From Woeseiaceae bacterium (GTDB lineage: Bacteria > Pseudomonadota > Gammaproteobacteria > Steroidobacterales > Woeseiaceae): 64,000 nucleotides of DNA. Every line of letters starts with the position of its first letter. Positions within the stretch are counted from its first letter, which is position 1. Position numbers and translations under genes: made by a program. The notes under the pieces are model-generated. The model saw nothing but the letters and a program-made list of their open reading frames with translations. It was not told where the DNA came from and did not search any database. Positions 38,566 through 47,617 of this stretch are shown here, piece by piece. Location of the stretch: NCBI GenBank assembly GCA_965601785.1, contig OZ271838.1, positions 3,698,916 to 3,762,915 of the forward strand. Direction: 5' to 3'.

Positions 38566-39653
38566 CGCGCGACTGCCGGCAGGACGTAGCGCGTCATGAT
38601 GTCGTCGACCTGCCGGTGCATGTAGCTCTGTCCGTAGGCACTTGCCGTCACAACAACGACGAGGTCACGATCGTCGAACACGAAGATCTTGTTGCCACCG
38701 TTGCCGCTGCAATAGGTAACCGGCCAATCGACACCGTTCACCGGGTAGGTTTTGTGCCACCAGAGATAGCCGTAGGTATCGTCGGCCACGGTCGTTAGCA
38801 CTCTGGGCTTCAGCATCTCGTCGACCCAGGCCTCGGGCACCACCTGCTTGCCGTCCCATACGCCGCGCGCCTTGTGAAGCTGCCCATAGCGCGCGAACCC
38901 TAGTGGCGTCAGCTGGATGCCGCCCGCCGTGTTGGCGACGCCCTGTGGCGTGTGCTGCCAGCGGTAGTTCGAGATGCCGAGGGGCCTGAAGAGCTTCTCG
39001 TCGGCGTAGGCCTCGAGCCCGCCGGGAACGGCGTTGTGCAGGATGTCACCGAGGATTACAGCACCCGCCGTAAAGTACCGCCACGCGTCGCCCGGCTCGC
39101 GGTTTGCCGCCATCGGCAGGTTCAGCGCCCAGCGCACCCAGTCATCCTGCGGATACATGTTCTCTTCATTGCCGATCGAATCCCGCTCGAAGTCGAAGCC
39201 CTCGAAGCCCGAGGTCATCGTCAGGAGCTGCTCCAGCGTCACTGCTGCCTTCTTCTCCGAGTAGTTGTCGTAGTCCTCAAGATCGTAGAAATCGCTGAGC
39301 GGCTGGTGCACGCCGTCGATATAGCCTTCGTCGATCGCAATACCGAGCACGGTCGCCGCGAACGTCTTGCCGACCGAGCGTGGATTGTGACGCTGGTCTC
39401 TCGAGGCGCCGTTGTAGTAGCGCTCCACCAGCAGCTCACCGTCACTGAGGACGATGATGCTGTTGATGTCGCGGAAGCTACCGTCTCGGATGGCGCGGTC
39501 CAGCGCATCGATCCGCGCTTCAGGCGATAACGCGTCGGTGCCCTCAAGCGTCTCTGCCTGTGCAGTCGCATGCGGGAGGACACACACCAGCAGGGCCAGG
39601 GCCGAGGACAGCGTGCGAAGAGACCCTCGAAACCGTACGCGAAAGAACGGCAT
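38562..39653 (-). CDS. Secreted serine hydrolase, beta-lactamase/PBP (class C-like) family
   Basis: SxxK motif (SVGKTF). Signal peptide from the ATG at 39653, which lies 1 nt after the upstream stop. Confidence 0.75.
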
Positions 39654-39654
39654 G

Positions 39655-41382
39655 CTAACCGTCAAAGGTCTGCTCACCGTTCATCCACGTCTCACTGACG
39701 CCAATATCCGAAATTGCGGTCGGCTCGACCTTGCGTGGATCGTCTTCGAGGATGACGAGGTCGGCAAGTTTGCCGGCCTCGAGGCTGCCGATCTCCTGCT
39801 CTGAATGGCAGGCCGCCGCCGCGTTACGAGTGACCGAACGAATCGCGGCCTCTACGCTTACGCGCTCATCGGGTGCGAGAATCGTATCGGGCTCCTTCCA
39901 CAGATCCCTGGCCACGGCGACGCGAATCTTGTGCAGCGATCCCAGGGGCGATACCGGCGCGTCGGTATGACTGACCCAGTCGAGTCCCGCATTTTCCACT
40001 GCCGCGCAGCGATCGAGCAGCTGGACCTTGTCAGGACCGAAGACCTGGTCGCGCATCACGTGCCCCCAGTAGTGGACGTGGTTGATCAGGAAGCTCGGCA
40101 CCATGTTCAGCGCACCCATGCGTTCAATCTGCTCGTCATGCAGGATCGAGCAGTGCTCGATGCGGCAGCGCAGCGCGTTGACGTCGATCCCCTCGTCGCG
40201 GGCCGCTTCGACGGCATCGAGAATGCTGTCGATGGCCGCGTCACCGTTACCGTGCATCGACAGCGGCCAGCCACGCCGTGCCCGGTCAATGACCATCGCG
40301 CGCAGGTCCTCGGGCTCGACATAGTAGAGGCCAACCGTGTCGCGCGTGTAGTAGCGTTCGCGCTGCCGTCCCGTAAAGCCCTGGTTGGAACCATCGGTGA
40401 CGATCTTCCAGCCGGCCACCCGCATCAGCGCATCGCCCTGACCGGCCTCGACGCCCGCCTCGTCCCAGCCCGGTTGCTCGCTATAGGCGTAGGCACGGAT
40501 GCGCGCTTTCATGGCACCACCGTCGTACATGGCACGATAGCCGTCGAGCTCGGCCGGTCCGGCAAGACCTCCGGTAGCCTGGTCGCAAAGCGTCGTGATG
40601 CCGAGCGCCGCCGCGTCGGCGCCAACCCCTCGACCCGCCTCGACAAAGCCGTTCTGCATGCGGTCCAGCGTGTTCCGGTCGAGGAATAATATGTTGCCGA
40701 ACGCCGCCTGTCCGTACAGCACACCGTTCGGCGTGCCGTCTTCGTAGCGGCCATAGTCGCCGCCCGCCGGAACCTCGGAATCGCGGGTGATGCCTGCCAA
40801 CTCCAGCGTCTTGCTGTTGACATAGGCAATGTGGCCGGACGCATTGAGAACGAACACCGGCTGATCCGGCACGACGCCATCAAGGTCGCGCCGCGTCAGA
40901 TCGCGCGGCGGATCCAGCAGGATCGGGTCGAACTGGCGGCCCATGACCCAGTCGTCAGGCCCGGCCGCTGCTGCGGCTTTTGTCAGCGCAGCGAGCGCGC
41001 TTTCAAACGTCGGGTACTCGAAGGGACCGATATCGGGCAGGTGACCGAGGCCTGCCATGAGCGCAAAGTGCATATGCGGCTCGATGAAGCCGGGCAGCAC
41101 GACGCGACCGTCGAGATCGACGCTGGATGCGCCCCGGCCCGCCAGCGCCAGCACGTCGTCATCGCTGCCAACGGCAAGAATCCTGCCGTCACGGATAGCC
41201 AGGGCAGTGTACTCGGAAAAGGCCGCGTCCACTGGCAGCACCGTGCCATTGCGAAAGACGATCGTTGTGTTGTCGACCACAGCCCCTCGCCCCGCGTCGG
41301 TGCCCCGCCCACAACTTGCGAACGCCAGACCCAGTACTGCTCCCGAACCTGCCTGCACGAACCTGCGCCGGGTATACCGCAT
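39655..41382 (-). CDS. Tat-exported amidohydrolase (Amidohydro_3 / YtcJ-like)
   Basis: MRYTRRRFVQAG twin-arginine leader and an EPHMHF metal-binding HxH. AGGAGA SD before the ATG at 41382. Confidence 0.8.
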   Translation of the reverse strand: MRYTRRRFVQAGSGAVLGLAFASCGRGTDAGRGAVVDNTTIVFRNGTVLPVDAAFSEYTALAIRDGRILAVGSDDDVLALAGRGASSVDLDGRVVLPGFIEPHMHFALMAGLGHLPDIGPFEYPTFESALAALTKAAAAAGPDDWVMGRQFDPILLDPPRDLTRRDLDGVVPDQPVFVLNASGHIAYVNSKTLELAGITRDSEVPAGGDYGRYEDGTPNGVLYGQAAFGNILFLDRNTLDRMQNGFVEAGRGVGADAAALGITTLCDQATGGLAGPAELDGYRAMYDGGAMKARIRAYAYSEQPGWDEAGVEAGQGDALMRVAGWKIVTDGSNQGFTGRQRERYYTRDTVGLYYVEPEDLRAMVIDRARRGWPLSMHGNGDAAIDSILDAVEAARDEGIDVNALRCRIEHCSILHDEQIERMGALNMVPSFLINHVHYWGHVMRDQVFGPDKVQLLDRCAAVENAGLDWVSHTDAPVSPLGSLHKIRVAVARDLWKEPDTILAPDERVSVEAAIRSVTRNAAAACHSEQEIGSLEAGKLADLVILEDDPRKVEPTAISDIGVSETWMNGEQTFDG

Positions 41383-41558
41383 CACCATTTCTCCTGATGG
41401 CCAAGAACCTGGGCACGCTGCGCGACGGCGACGAGCCGCTTGCCAATGTGCCCGCGACACGCCGACACCGCAACCCGGGTCACTGCGATGAGTGCCGGGC
41501 TTGTAGATCTTCCGTAGCACCGCGTACCCTGTTGGTCGGGGTCGCACGGGGGGACCGG

Positions 41559-42545
41559 GTGCTGGTATCGATCATCGGGCTGTTGGCAGGCATCGCGCTG
41601 CTGATCACGGGCGGCACGCTACTCGTTCGCGGCGCCTCCGAAGTCGCAACCGCGCTCGGCGTATCGCCGATTATCGTTGGCCTGACCATCGTAGGCTTCG
41701 GTACCAGTTCGCCGGAACTCGTCGTTAATATTTTCGGTTCCCTGCGAGGCGTTACCGAACTCGCCTTCGGCAACGTCGTCGGCTCGAACATCTCCAACAT
41801 CGGCCTCGTGCTCGGCACCGCGGCGCTGTTCATGCCCATTACGCTGCAAAGCCAGCTCATCCGCCGCGAGGTGCCGCTGCTCATCCTCGTGACGACGATC
41901 ATGACGGTCATGGCACTCGATGGTCTCTTGAGCGGCGAGGCCCGGTTCATATCGCGCAGCGAAGGCGTCGTCCTGATGCTGCTGTTCTGCATCTTTTTCT
42001 ACGTCAACCTGATGGACATGCTGAGGGTCGACAAGGAAGACCCGATCTCGGCCGAGATCGTCGACAACCCACTCATCGATACCGATGTGTCGCCGTATCG
42101 CTGGATCATGGTCATCGCGGGCTTCGCCATGCTCGTCGGCGGCGGCGAACTCACGATCCGTTCCGGCACGTTGCTCGCCACCGCACTCGGCATCTCGGCA
42201 ACGCTGGTCGGCCTGTTCGTCGTCGCCATCGGCACGAGCATGCCGGAACTGGTCACCTCGATCATTGCCGCGCTGCGCGGGGAATCGGACCTTGCGCTCG
42301 GCAATGTCATCGGCTCGAACATCTTCAACAGCCTGATCGTGCTGCCGACCAGCGCCGTCATTGCCGAAGTGCCCGTGCCGAAAGGCGGCGTTTTCGACCT
42401 GCTCGTCTCCTGGGGATTCGTGGTGCTGCTCGTGCCGTTCTTCTTCTTTGGCAGGGCACGGCTGTCGCGAGGCACGGGCGTATTCCTGCTCGCCTGCTAC
42501 GTGGCCTACCTGGTCAGCCGCGTAGGCTTCGAGACCGGTGCATAG
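41559..42545 (+). CDS. Ca2+/Na+ antiporter (CaCA family, YrbG-like)
   Basis: Two alpha-repeat motifs (GTSSPELVV and GTSMPELVT). A GTG start at 41559 is proposed because the upstream part of the track ORF is non-membrane, Arg/Pro-rich sequence. Confidence 0.7.
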   Translation: MLVSIIGLLAGIALLITGGTLLVRGASEVATALGVSPIIVGLTIVGFGTSSPELVVNIFGSLRGVTELAFGNVVGSNISNIGLVLGTAALFMPITLQSQLIRREVPLLILVTTIMTVMALDGLLSGEARFISRSEGVVLMLLFCIFFYVNLMDMLRVDKEDPISAEIVDNPLIDTDVSPYRWIMVIAGFAMLVGGGELTIRSGTLLATALGISATLVGLFVVAIGTSMPELVTSIIAALRGESDLALGNVIGSNIFNSLIVLPTSAVIAEVPVPKGGVFDLLVSWGFVVLLVPFFFFGRARLSRGTGVFLLACYVAYLVSRVGFETGA

Positions 42546-42577
42546 CCGACCGGGCGCACGAGCTCTTTCTCATACTG

Positions 42578-43048
42578 ATGTCAGGACTGGAGAGTCACAG
42601 CGATATGGAACTATCGAAGATGACAGGCCTCGAGACCCTCGAGGCAATCCGTGACGGCGTAATTGAGCACCCCTCCATGGCGCACACGCTCGGCTTCAGG
42701 CTCACCGAGGTCGACGAGGGACGCGCCGTCATCAGCGGCCATACCAGCGCCGACTACTGCAATCCCGATGGCGGCATCCACGGCGCCTGGCCAGCGGCGC
42801 TGCTCGACTCCTGCATGGGCTCGTCGGTGCACTCGCTGCTGCCGGCAGGCACGGGATTCACCGTCGTGGAATTCAAGATCGACTTCATCCGCCCGATCGC
42901 CGCCGACACGGGCGCGGTTCGTGCGGAAGGCAAGGCGCTCAGGGTCGGCCGCAAGCTCGGCACGGCCGAGGGCTATCTCTATGACGATCGCGGCAGGCTG
43001 CTCGCGAAGGGCTCGACGACCTGCCTCGTGTTCAGCCCGGGTGCTTAA
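42578..43048 (+). CDS. PaaI-family hotdog thioesterase
   Basis: 156 aa with a GGIHGAWPAALLDSCMG motif typical of the PaaI/YdiI type. Confidence 0.7.
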   Translation: MSGLESHSDMELSKMTGLETLEAIRDGVIEHPSMAHTLGFRLTEVDEGRAVISGHTSADYCNPDGGIHGAWPAALLDSCMGSSVHSLLPAGTGFTVVEFKIDFIRPIAADTGAVRAEGKALRVGRKLGTAEGYLYDDRGRLLAKGSTTCLVFSPGA

Positions 43049-43052
43049 TCGT

Positions 43053-43082
43053 ACGCCGGCGGGCGAGGGAGCCCGCCGGCGT
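43053..43082. terminator. GC-rich hairpin between convergent genes (candidate bidirectional terminator)
   Basis: ACGCCGGCGGGC-GAGGGA-GCCCGCCGGCGT, a 12-bp perfect stem. It lies between the stops at 43048 (+) and 43094 (-). No clear U-tract. Confidence 0.45.
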
Positions 43083-43093
43083 TAGTCACGCGT

Positions 43094-44542
43094 CTAGAAG
43101 CGGAACGAGACCTCGAACTCAAACTGGCTCATCGTGAGATCGATCGTCTGGGTGGGATCGAAGAAGCTCGGTCCCGAGACCGTGTTCTCCGGTGCGTACA
43201 TGAACGAGAAGTTCCACGCGCCGCCGTTCTCACGCATGCGCGTGTAGCCGAACGTAATGTGCTGCTCGATGACACCGGGTGCCAGGATATTGAACAGCAC
43301 GTCGGCGGCCTGGATCGGCTGCTCGCCGTAGCTGTAGCCGAAGCGGAATATGTTGTCCTGGCTCTGCATCCACTCGAAGCCGAGCTTGTAGGTCGTCATG
43401 TCTTCCCAGCCGAAGCCGGCACCGTTGTTGCCGCCAAGGCAGCTTTCGAGGTCTGTCCCGCCGAACGGCAGCCCCGGGCAACCCTGCATGTTGACCATCG
43501 GGTTGGCGATCGCCTTGATGTCGCTGTAGGTGGTGTGCTCGATATCGAAGTTGATGCGCAGCGCTTCGGTTGCGATGACCGACAGCCCTGCCTTGATGCT
43601 GGAGGGTATGTTGAACCCACCCGCTTCGGCAAAGAGATCCGAGTACTTGCTGAACTCCTCCATCTCCATCTCGGTCTGGTAAGCGAGGCCGAGACTGACA
43701 CGGTCGGTGATACCCCACCAAAGACCCAGCGCGAGGCCATAGCCAAAGGACGTATCGTCGCCGTTGTTGCTCAGCGACGTAGGATTCGCACCGCACTGCT
43801 GCGTCGCCGGATCGAATCCGTCCACGCAGGTTTTCGTAATAGGAATAAACGTCGGCGATGTACCCTTGGCTTCAAACATCTGGAATGCGAGGACCGGGCC
43901 GATGCCGAAGGCAAAATTTTCGCCGACTTTCGCCGAGTAGTTGATCGCAAGAAATGCCTGGGACAGGTTGACGCCTGTGACGCCGGCGCAATACGGGCCC
44001 TGCCCCGTTGCCGGTGGCTCGCCCGCAAAGGGGTTTCCACCACAGAGATAGGAAGTTGCTGTCGAGTTGACGTCATCCCAATCCGTGTTCATACCGCCGC
44101 GGCCGTAGAAGGCAGCCGTGATGTTGCCATCGTTGGCGAGACTCCAGTTCTTGGCCACGTAAGGGATCGGGAAGAACTCGCTGCTGCTGTCGATCTTGCC
44201 TGGCGTGATCGTGTGTGACGGCAGACAGAGGTCTGGACTGGTCGGGCTGCAGCCGCCAAGATCGATCACACCGCCGTTTAACTGGCTCTGGCCGGCCGTG
44301 AAACTCCGACGCGGACTGAAGATCGACAGGCCGATCTCCCACTTGTCGCTAACGAACGCGCCGAGCGCCGGGTTGGTCGCCGACATGATGGCGCCCATAT
44401 CGGCATTCGAGCCAACGCCCGTACCTGCCATACCTTTTGACTGTGTACCGACGCCGTGTGTGAAATAGCCGTTGGTTGCGAATGCCGGCGTAGCGACGGC
44501 CAGTGCAACGGCGACCGCCGAGGCCTGAAGTCCTCTCTTCAT
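43094..44542 (-). CDS. FadL/OmpP1 family outer-membrane transport channel
   Basis: Signal peptide MKRGLQASAVAVALAVATPAFA, beta-barrel-like composition, and a C-terminal ...VSFRF. ATG at 44542. Confidence 0.7.
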   Translation of the reverse strand: MKRGLQASAVAVALAVATPAFATNGYFTHGVGTQSKGMAGTGVGSNADMGAIMSATNPALGAFVSDKWEIGLSIFSPRRSFTAGQSQLNGGVIDLGGCSPTSPDLCLPSHTITPGKIDSSSEFFPIPYVAKNWSLANDGNITAAFYGRGGMNTDWDDVNSTATSYLCGGNPFAGEPPATGQGPYCAGVTGVNLSQAFLAINYSAKVGENFAFGIGPVLAFQMFEAKGTSPTFIPITKTCVDGFDPATQQCGANPTSLSNNGDDTSFGYGLALGLWWGITDRVSLGLAYQTEMEMEEFSKYSDLFAEAGGFNIPSSIKAGLSVIATEALRINFDIEHTTYSDIKAIANPMVNMQGCPGLPFGGTDLESCLGGNNGAGFGWEDMTTYKLGFEWMQSQDNIFRFGYSYGEQPIQAADVLFNILAPGVIEQHITFGYTRMRENGGAWNFSFMYAPENTVSGPSFFDPTQTIDLTMSQFEFEVSFRF

Positions 44543-44626
44543 TACGTTTCCCCCAGTGGCGGCACCTGTCGGCACCGCGTGTCAGTGGCAGCGCGGTCTC
44601 CCCACCGTGCTACCTGTTCCTAAAAC

Positions 44627-44977
44627 TCAGTCTTCCTGCTCCGCCCTGCCGCAATAAAGATCGTGCAGGGTTTGCATAACGGCAGTCGCTTCGTCCCCGG
44701 AGAGCGAGTAACTCACCGACTGCGCGTGCTTGCGTGACTTGACGATCTTCTCGCGACGCAGCACAGCGAGATGCTGCGACAGCGCAGACTGGCTCAGGCC
44801 GAGAATCGCCTGCAGTTCGCTGACGGTCTTCTCGCCTTCCGAGAGCTGGCAGAGAATCATCAACCGCCACTCGTTCGCCATGGCCTTGAGCAGGTCGCAG
44901 GCATGCGCCGCCATGTCGTGCAGCTCGGTGAGCTTGCGAAAATCCGTCGATCTTGCTGTGTCGTCCGGCTTTGCCAT
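44627..44977 (-). CDS. ArsR/SmtB family transcriptional regulator (sHdrR-like by context)
   Basis: 116 aa with a winged HTH (ELQAILGLSQSALSQHLAVLRREKIV). Cys residues in AHACD, ILCQL and DLYCG. Starts 40 nt downstream of lbpA on the same strand. Confidence 0.8.
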   Translation of the reverse strand: MAKPDDTARSTDFRKLTELHDMAAHACDLLKAMANEWRLMILCQLSEGEKTVSELQAILGLSQSALSQHLAVLRREKIVKSRKHAQSVSYSLSGDEATAVMQTLHDLYCGRAEQED

Positions 44978-45017
44978 TACAGGTCCCTTGCGTGGTTGTC
45001 CGACGCTGCGGCGAGCC

Positions 45018-45458
45018 TTACGCGCAGCCTGCAAACCCTTCCGAGTCCATCTTCGCCTCGTAGGGCGACGTTACGTCGGCGCCGATCACCAGCGAACCTT
45101 TCACTGAATCCCAGTCCTCCGGTTTCAGTATGACGAGCCATCCGGCATCGTACGGGTCGTCGTTGGCGATTGCCGGATTGGCAACGAGATCGTCGTTGAC
45201 AGCCACGACTTCCCCGCCGGCCAGCGATTTCGCAGGACCGACCCACTTGCCAGACTCGAGCGTGCCGCAGGACTTGCCGGCGCGGACCGATCTCCCTACA
45301 CGCTTTGGCGTATAGGCAACGAGCTTGCCGGCCATGGCCGTTGCGACGGCGGTCATGCCGAGTTTGACCGTGCCGTCGCCCTGTTCCTGGAACCAGATGT
45401 GATTGTCGACGTCGTAGAGCAGTTCGTCGGGCAGATTGCAGCCGCGTACAGATGGCAT
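45018..45458 (-). CDS. lbpA: Lipoate-binding protein LbpA (GcvH-fold)
   Basis: 146 aa from the ATG at 45458, with a GcvH-like fold and the lipoyl-lysine context GTLESGKWVGP. No gcvT or gcvP nearby; it is embedded in the hdr-like cluster. Confidence 0.85.
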   Translation of the reverse strand: MPSVRGCNLPDELLYDVDNHIWFQEQGDGTVKLGMTAVATAMAGKLVAYTPKRVGRSVRAGKSCGTLESGKWVGPAKSLAGGEVVAVNDDLVANPAIANDDPYDAGWLVILKPEDWDSVKGSLVIGADVTSPYEAKMDSEGFAGCA

Positions 45459-45460
45459 GG

Positions 45461-45907
45461 TCAGGACTCCTTTCTTGTCGAGGGGTCGGCATCGGCCCCG
45501 AGCCGGACCGGCTTCGAGGAGCAACAGAACTCGCCGAGTCCAGCCACTTCCAGCTTGCCGGATATGAATAAAAACAGATGGTTGCACACCACTCGCATCA
45601 TCTCGGCACGATGCGCGGTATCCGCATGCCCGGGCTCGAGCGTGATCAGATTGTAGTGGTAGGCGATCTCGCGGCAGGTCTCGCGGCAAGCGTTGAAGCT
45701 CGGCTCACCTTTCGCCCCCTGCCGATGCAGTGCGAGCAGGCGAAAGCCTTCGCGCGTGTCGCGCGTCGGTTCCTCGCCGCGCGTCTCGATAATCCAGTGT
45801 TCGAGCACCGTCTCCGACAGCGCCAGCAACGCGTCGGCCGCAGCCCCGGGATCCACCGTAGTGTCCACGGCCTCGATCGCGGCGCCGAGTTCCGAAAGCG
45901 ATTTCAT
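45461..45907 (-). CDS. Hypothetical Cys-rich protein, translationally coupled between shdrB2 and lbpA
   Basis: 148 aa. ATGA overlap with the shdrB2 stop, and its own stop is 2 nt before the lbpA ATG. Five Cys, including CRETC (CX3C) and a C-terminal FCC. Confidence 0.6.
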   Translation of the reverse strand: MKSLSELGAAIEAVDTTVDPGAAADALLALSETVLEHWIIETRGEEPTRDTREGFRLLALHRQGAKGEPSFNACRETCREIAYHYNLITLEPGHADTAHRAEMMRVVCNHLFLFISGKLEVAGLGEFCCSSKPVRLGADADPSTRKES

Positions 45908-46851
45908 GCGATGCCCTTCTCGCGCAGGAGCGGCTTCGAGTCAGACAGGTTCTCGTGCAGGCCGACCTTCCGCGACGACAGTCCCAGCGCCATGCCGATA
46001 AGCTGCGTGAAGTAGACAATCTTGACGTCGACCTTCTCGCCGAGGACCTTCTCGGCACGTATCTGGTGCATCTCGAGCCCGGAATGGCAGGTGGGGCATT
46101 CGGTAGCAATCACCTCGGCGCCCGAGAGCTTCGCGGCCTTGAGAATGTTGAGCACGAGCTTCGTCGACGTGTCGCTGTCGGACAGCGTATGCGCGCCGCC
46201 GCAGCAGGCTGTCTTCAGCGGGAACTCGACGTTCTCCGCGCCGGCGGCCGCGAGCAGGTCGTCCATGAAGTGGGGCTTGGCGGTCGACTCGCTGCCGGGT
46301 CCCTGGTCCTTCTCGGGGAAGATGTGCCGGGGCCGCGTGTACATACAGCCATAGTAGTTGGCGACCTTCAGACCCTTGAGCGAGTTCTTCACGCGCTCCT
46401 TGAGCCCGTCTTCGCCTATCGTGTCCTTGATCCAGTCGAGCGCATGGATCGTTTCGACCTGTCCGGACTCGTAGGCCTTGTGGCCGGCCTTCTTCGAGAG
46501 CTTGTCGACCGTCTCGACCGAGGCAGCATCGTTCTCGAGGTCGTACTCCGCCTTCTTGAGGTTGTGGTAGCAGCCGTTGCACGGCGCCATCACGACGTCC
46601 ATGTCCATCTCGTTGGCGGCTACCGACATGACCCTCGATGACAGGTAGGTCTGCAGCTTGGGGTCGATGTTCTTGACCTCCATGGCGCCGCAGCAATTCC
46701 AGTTCTTGACCTCGACGAGGTCGAGCCCGAGCGCCTTGCCCACAGCCTTGGTCGAGCGGTTGTAGGCGTGTCCCGTACCCTCGAGCGCGCAGCCGGGGTA
46801 GTAGGCAACGCGCTGGTACTTGTCCTTCTTGTCCTTGACGGGTGTGTCCAT
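45904..46851 (-). CDS. shdrB2: sHdrB2, heterodisulfide reductase subunit B-like (two CCG domains)
   Basis: 315 aa from the ATG at 46851. YYPGCALEG ... NCCGA and YYGCMY ... ACCGG cysteine-rich CCG motifs. Confidence 0.85.
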   Translation of the reverse strand: MDTPVKDKKDKYQRVAYYPGCALEGTGHAYNRSTKAVGKALGLDLVEVKNWNCCGAMEVKNIDPKLQTYLSSRVMSVAANEMDMDVVMAPCNGCYHNLKKAEYDLENDAASVETVDKLSKKAGHKAYESGQVETIHALDWIKDTIGEDGLKERVKNSLKGLKVANYYGCMYTRPRHIFPEKDQGPGSESTAKPHFMDDLLAAAGAENVEFPLKTACCGGAHTLSDSDTSTKLVLNILKAAKLSGAEVIATECPTCHSGLEMHQIRAEKVLGEKVDVKIVYFTQLIGMALGLSSRKVGLHENLSDSKPLLREKGIA

Positions 46852-46852
46852 G

Positions 46853-47617
46853 TCAGGCCACCTCCTTTTCCGGGCGCTTGGCGAGAGCCGCAAGATTGAG
46901 GGCCTCGGTATGGTGTTCGCGCTGCTCGTCGATGTACTCCTGCATTGCGTCCCTCGCTTTCGACCAGTTGCTGGTCCGCGGCGCAACGAACGACGCCAGC
47001 CCCATGCGAATCAACAGACCCGTGGGCAAGCCGCGCAGCATCTTTTTGACCATCTCGATCATCCAGTCCTGGAACAGGCTCTGGCCGGTCCTCGAAAAGA
47101 ACCGACGAATCGTGCGGCTCTCCTCGATCTTGCCGGTGGCGAGGATCTGCTCCGTGAAGACCTCGTCGAAGTGCATCGACGGCGACTTCGGCGTGTGCCC
47201 GCGGAGCTCGAGCCAGTGCGACGTTGCCTTCATGACGCCCTCGGGGAAGACGTCGCGCGGGCAGGCATAGGTGCACTTGTTGCAGGATACGCACTGCCAG
47301 ATGATGTCCTTGTCGCGCAGGAGCTCGGACTCCATGCCCATGCGGATCAGGTAGATCCAGTAGCGCGGATTGAAGTCCGGGTTGATGGCGTTGACCGTGC
47401 ACGAGTTCGTGCAGGAACCGCACTGCCAGCAGCGATGGATATTCTCGCCGCCCGGCAGCGACGCGATTTCGTCTTCCAGCGCCTCGTTGTAGTCGCTTAC
47501 AACACGCGACTCGATGAACGTACTCCAGTGCCCCGAGACGTCGACTCCGTCGATCACGAGTTCATCGTGAGTCTTGAGGTTTTCCGGGCGGATCAGCGAT
47601 TTTTCATGGATCGGCAT
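46853..47617 (-). CDS. shdrC2: sHdrC2, heterodisulfide reductase subunit C-like ferredoxin
   Basis: Two [4Fe-4S] motifs: CWQCGSCTNSC and CVSCNKCTYACP. Confidence 0.85.
   Translation of the reverse strand: MPIHEKSLIRPENLKTHDELVIDGVDVSGHWSTFIESRVVSDYNEALEDEIASLPGGENIHRCWQCGSCTNSCTVNAINPDFNPRYWIYLIRMGMESELLRDKDIIWQCVSCNKCTYACPRDVFPEGVMKATSHWLELRGHTPKSPSMHFDEVFTEQILATGKIEESRTIRRFFSRTGQSLFQDWMIEMVKKMLRGLPTGLLIRMGLASFVAPRTSNWSKARDAMQEYIDEQREHHTEALNLAALAKRPEKEVA

Noticed and set aside
45018-45458. GcvH-fold protein read as the glycine cleavage system H protein.
   Set aside because: There is no gcvT, gcvP or lpd nearby. It is translationally packed into the hdr-like operon and has ESGKW rather than the usual GcvH context around the lysine.
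45459-45689. N-terminal extension of the lbpA track ORF. Similar extensions occur at 20112-20447 (fadD), 46852-46986 (shdrB2), 48475-48732 (shdrH), 60095-60922 (sorB), 62133-62312 (hynS), 29825-30169 (alkA-like), 41383-41547 (amidohydrolase), 26398-26670 (kinase) and 12467-12697 (gabD).
   Set aside because: The extensions overlap the upstream gene and are Arg/Pro/Ser-rich. Internal ATG/GTG codons sit right after the neighbour's stop codon or after a Shine-Dalgarno sequence, and give proteins of canonical family length.
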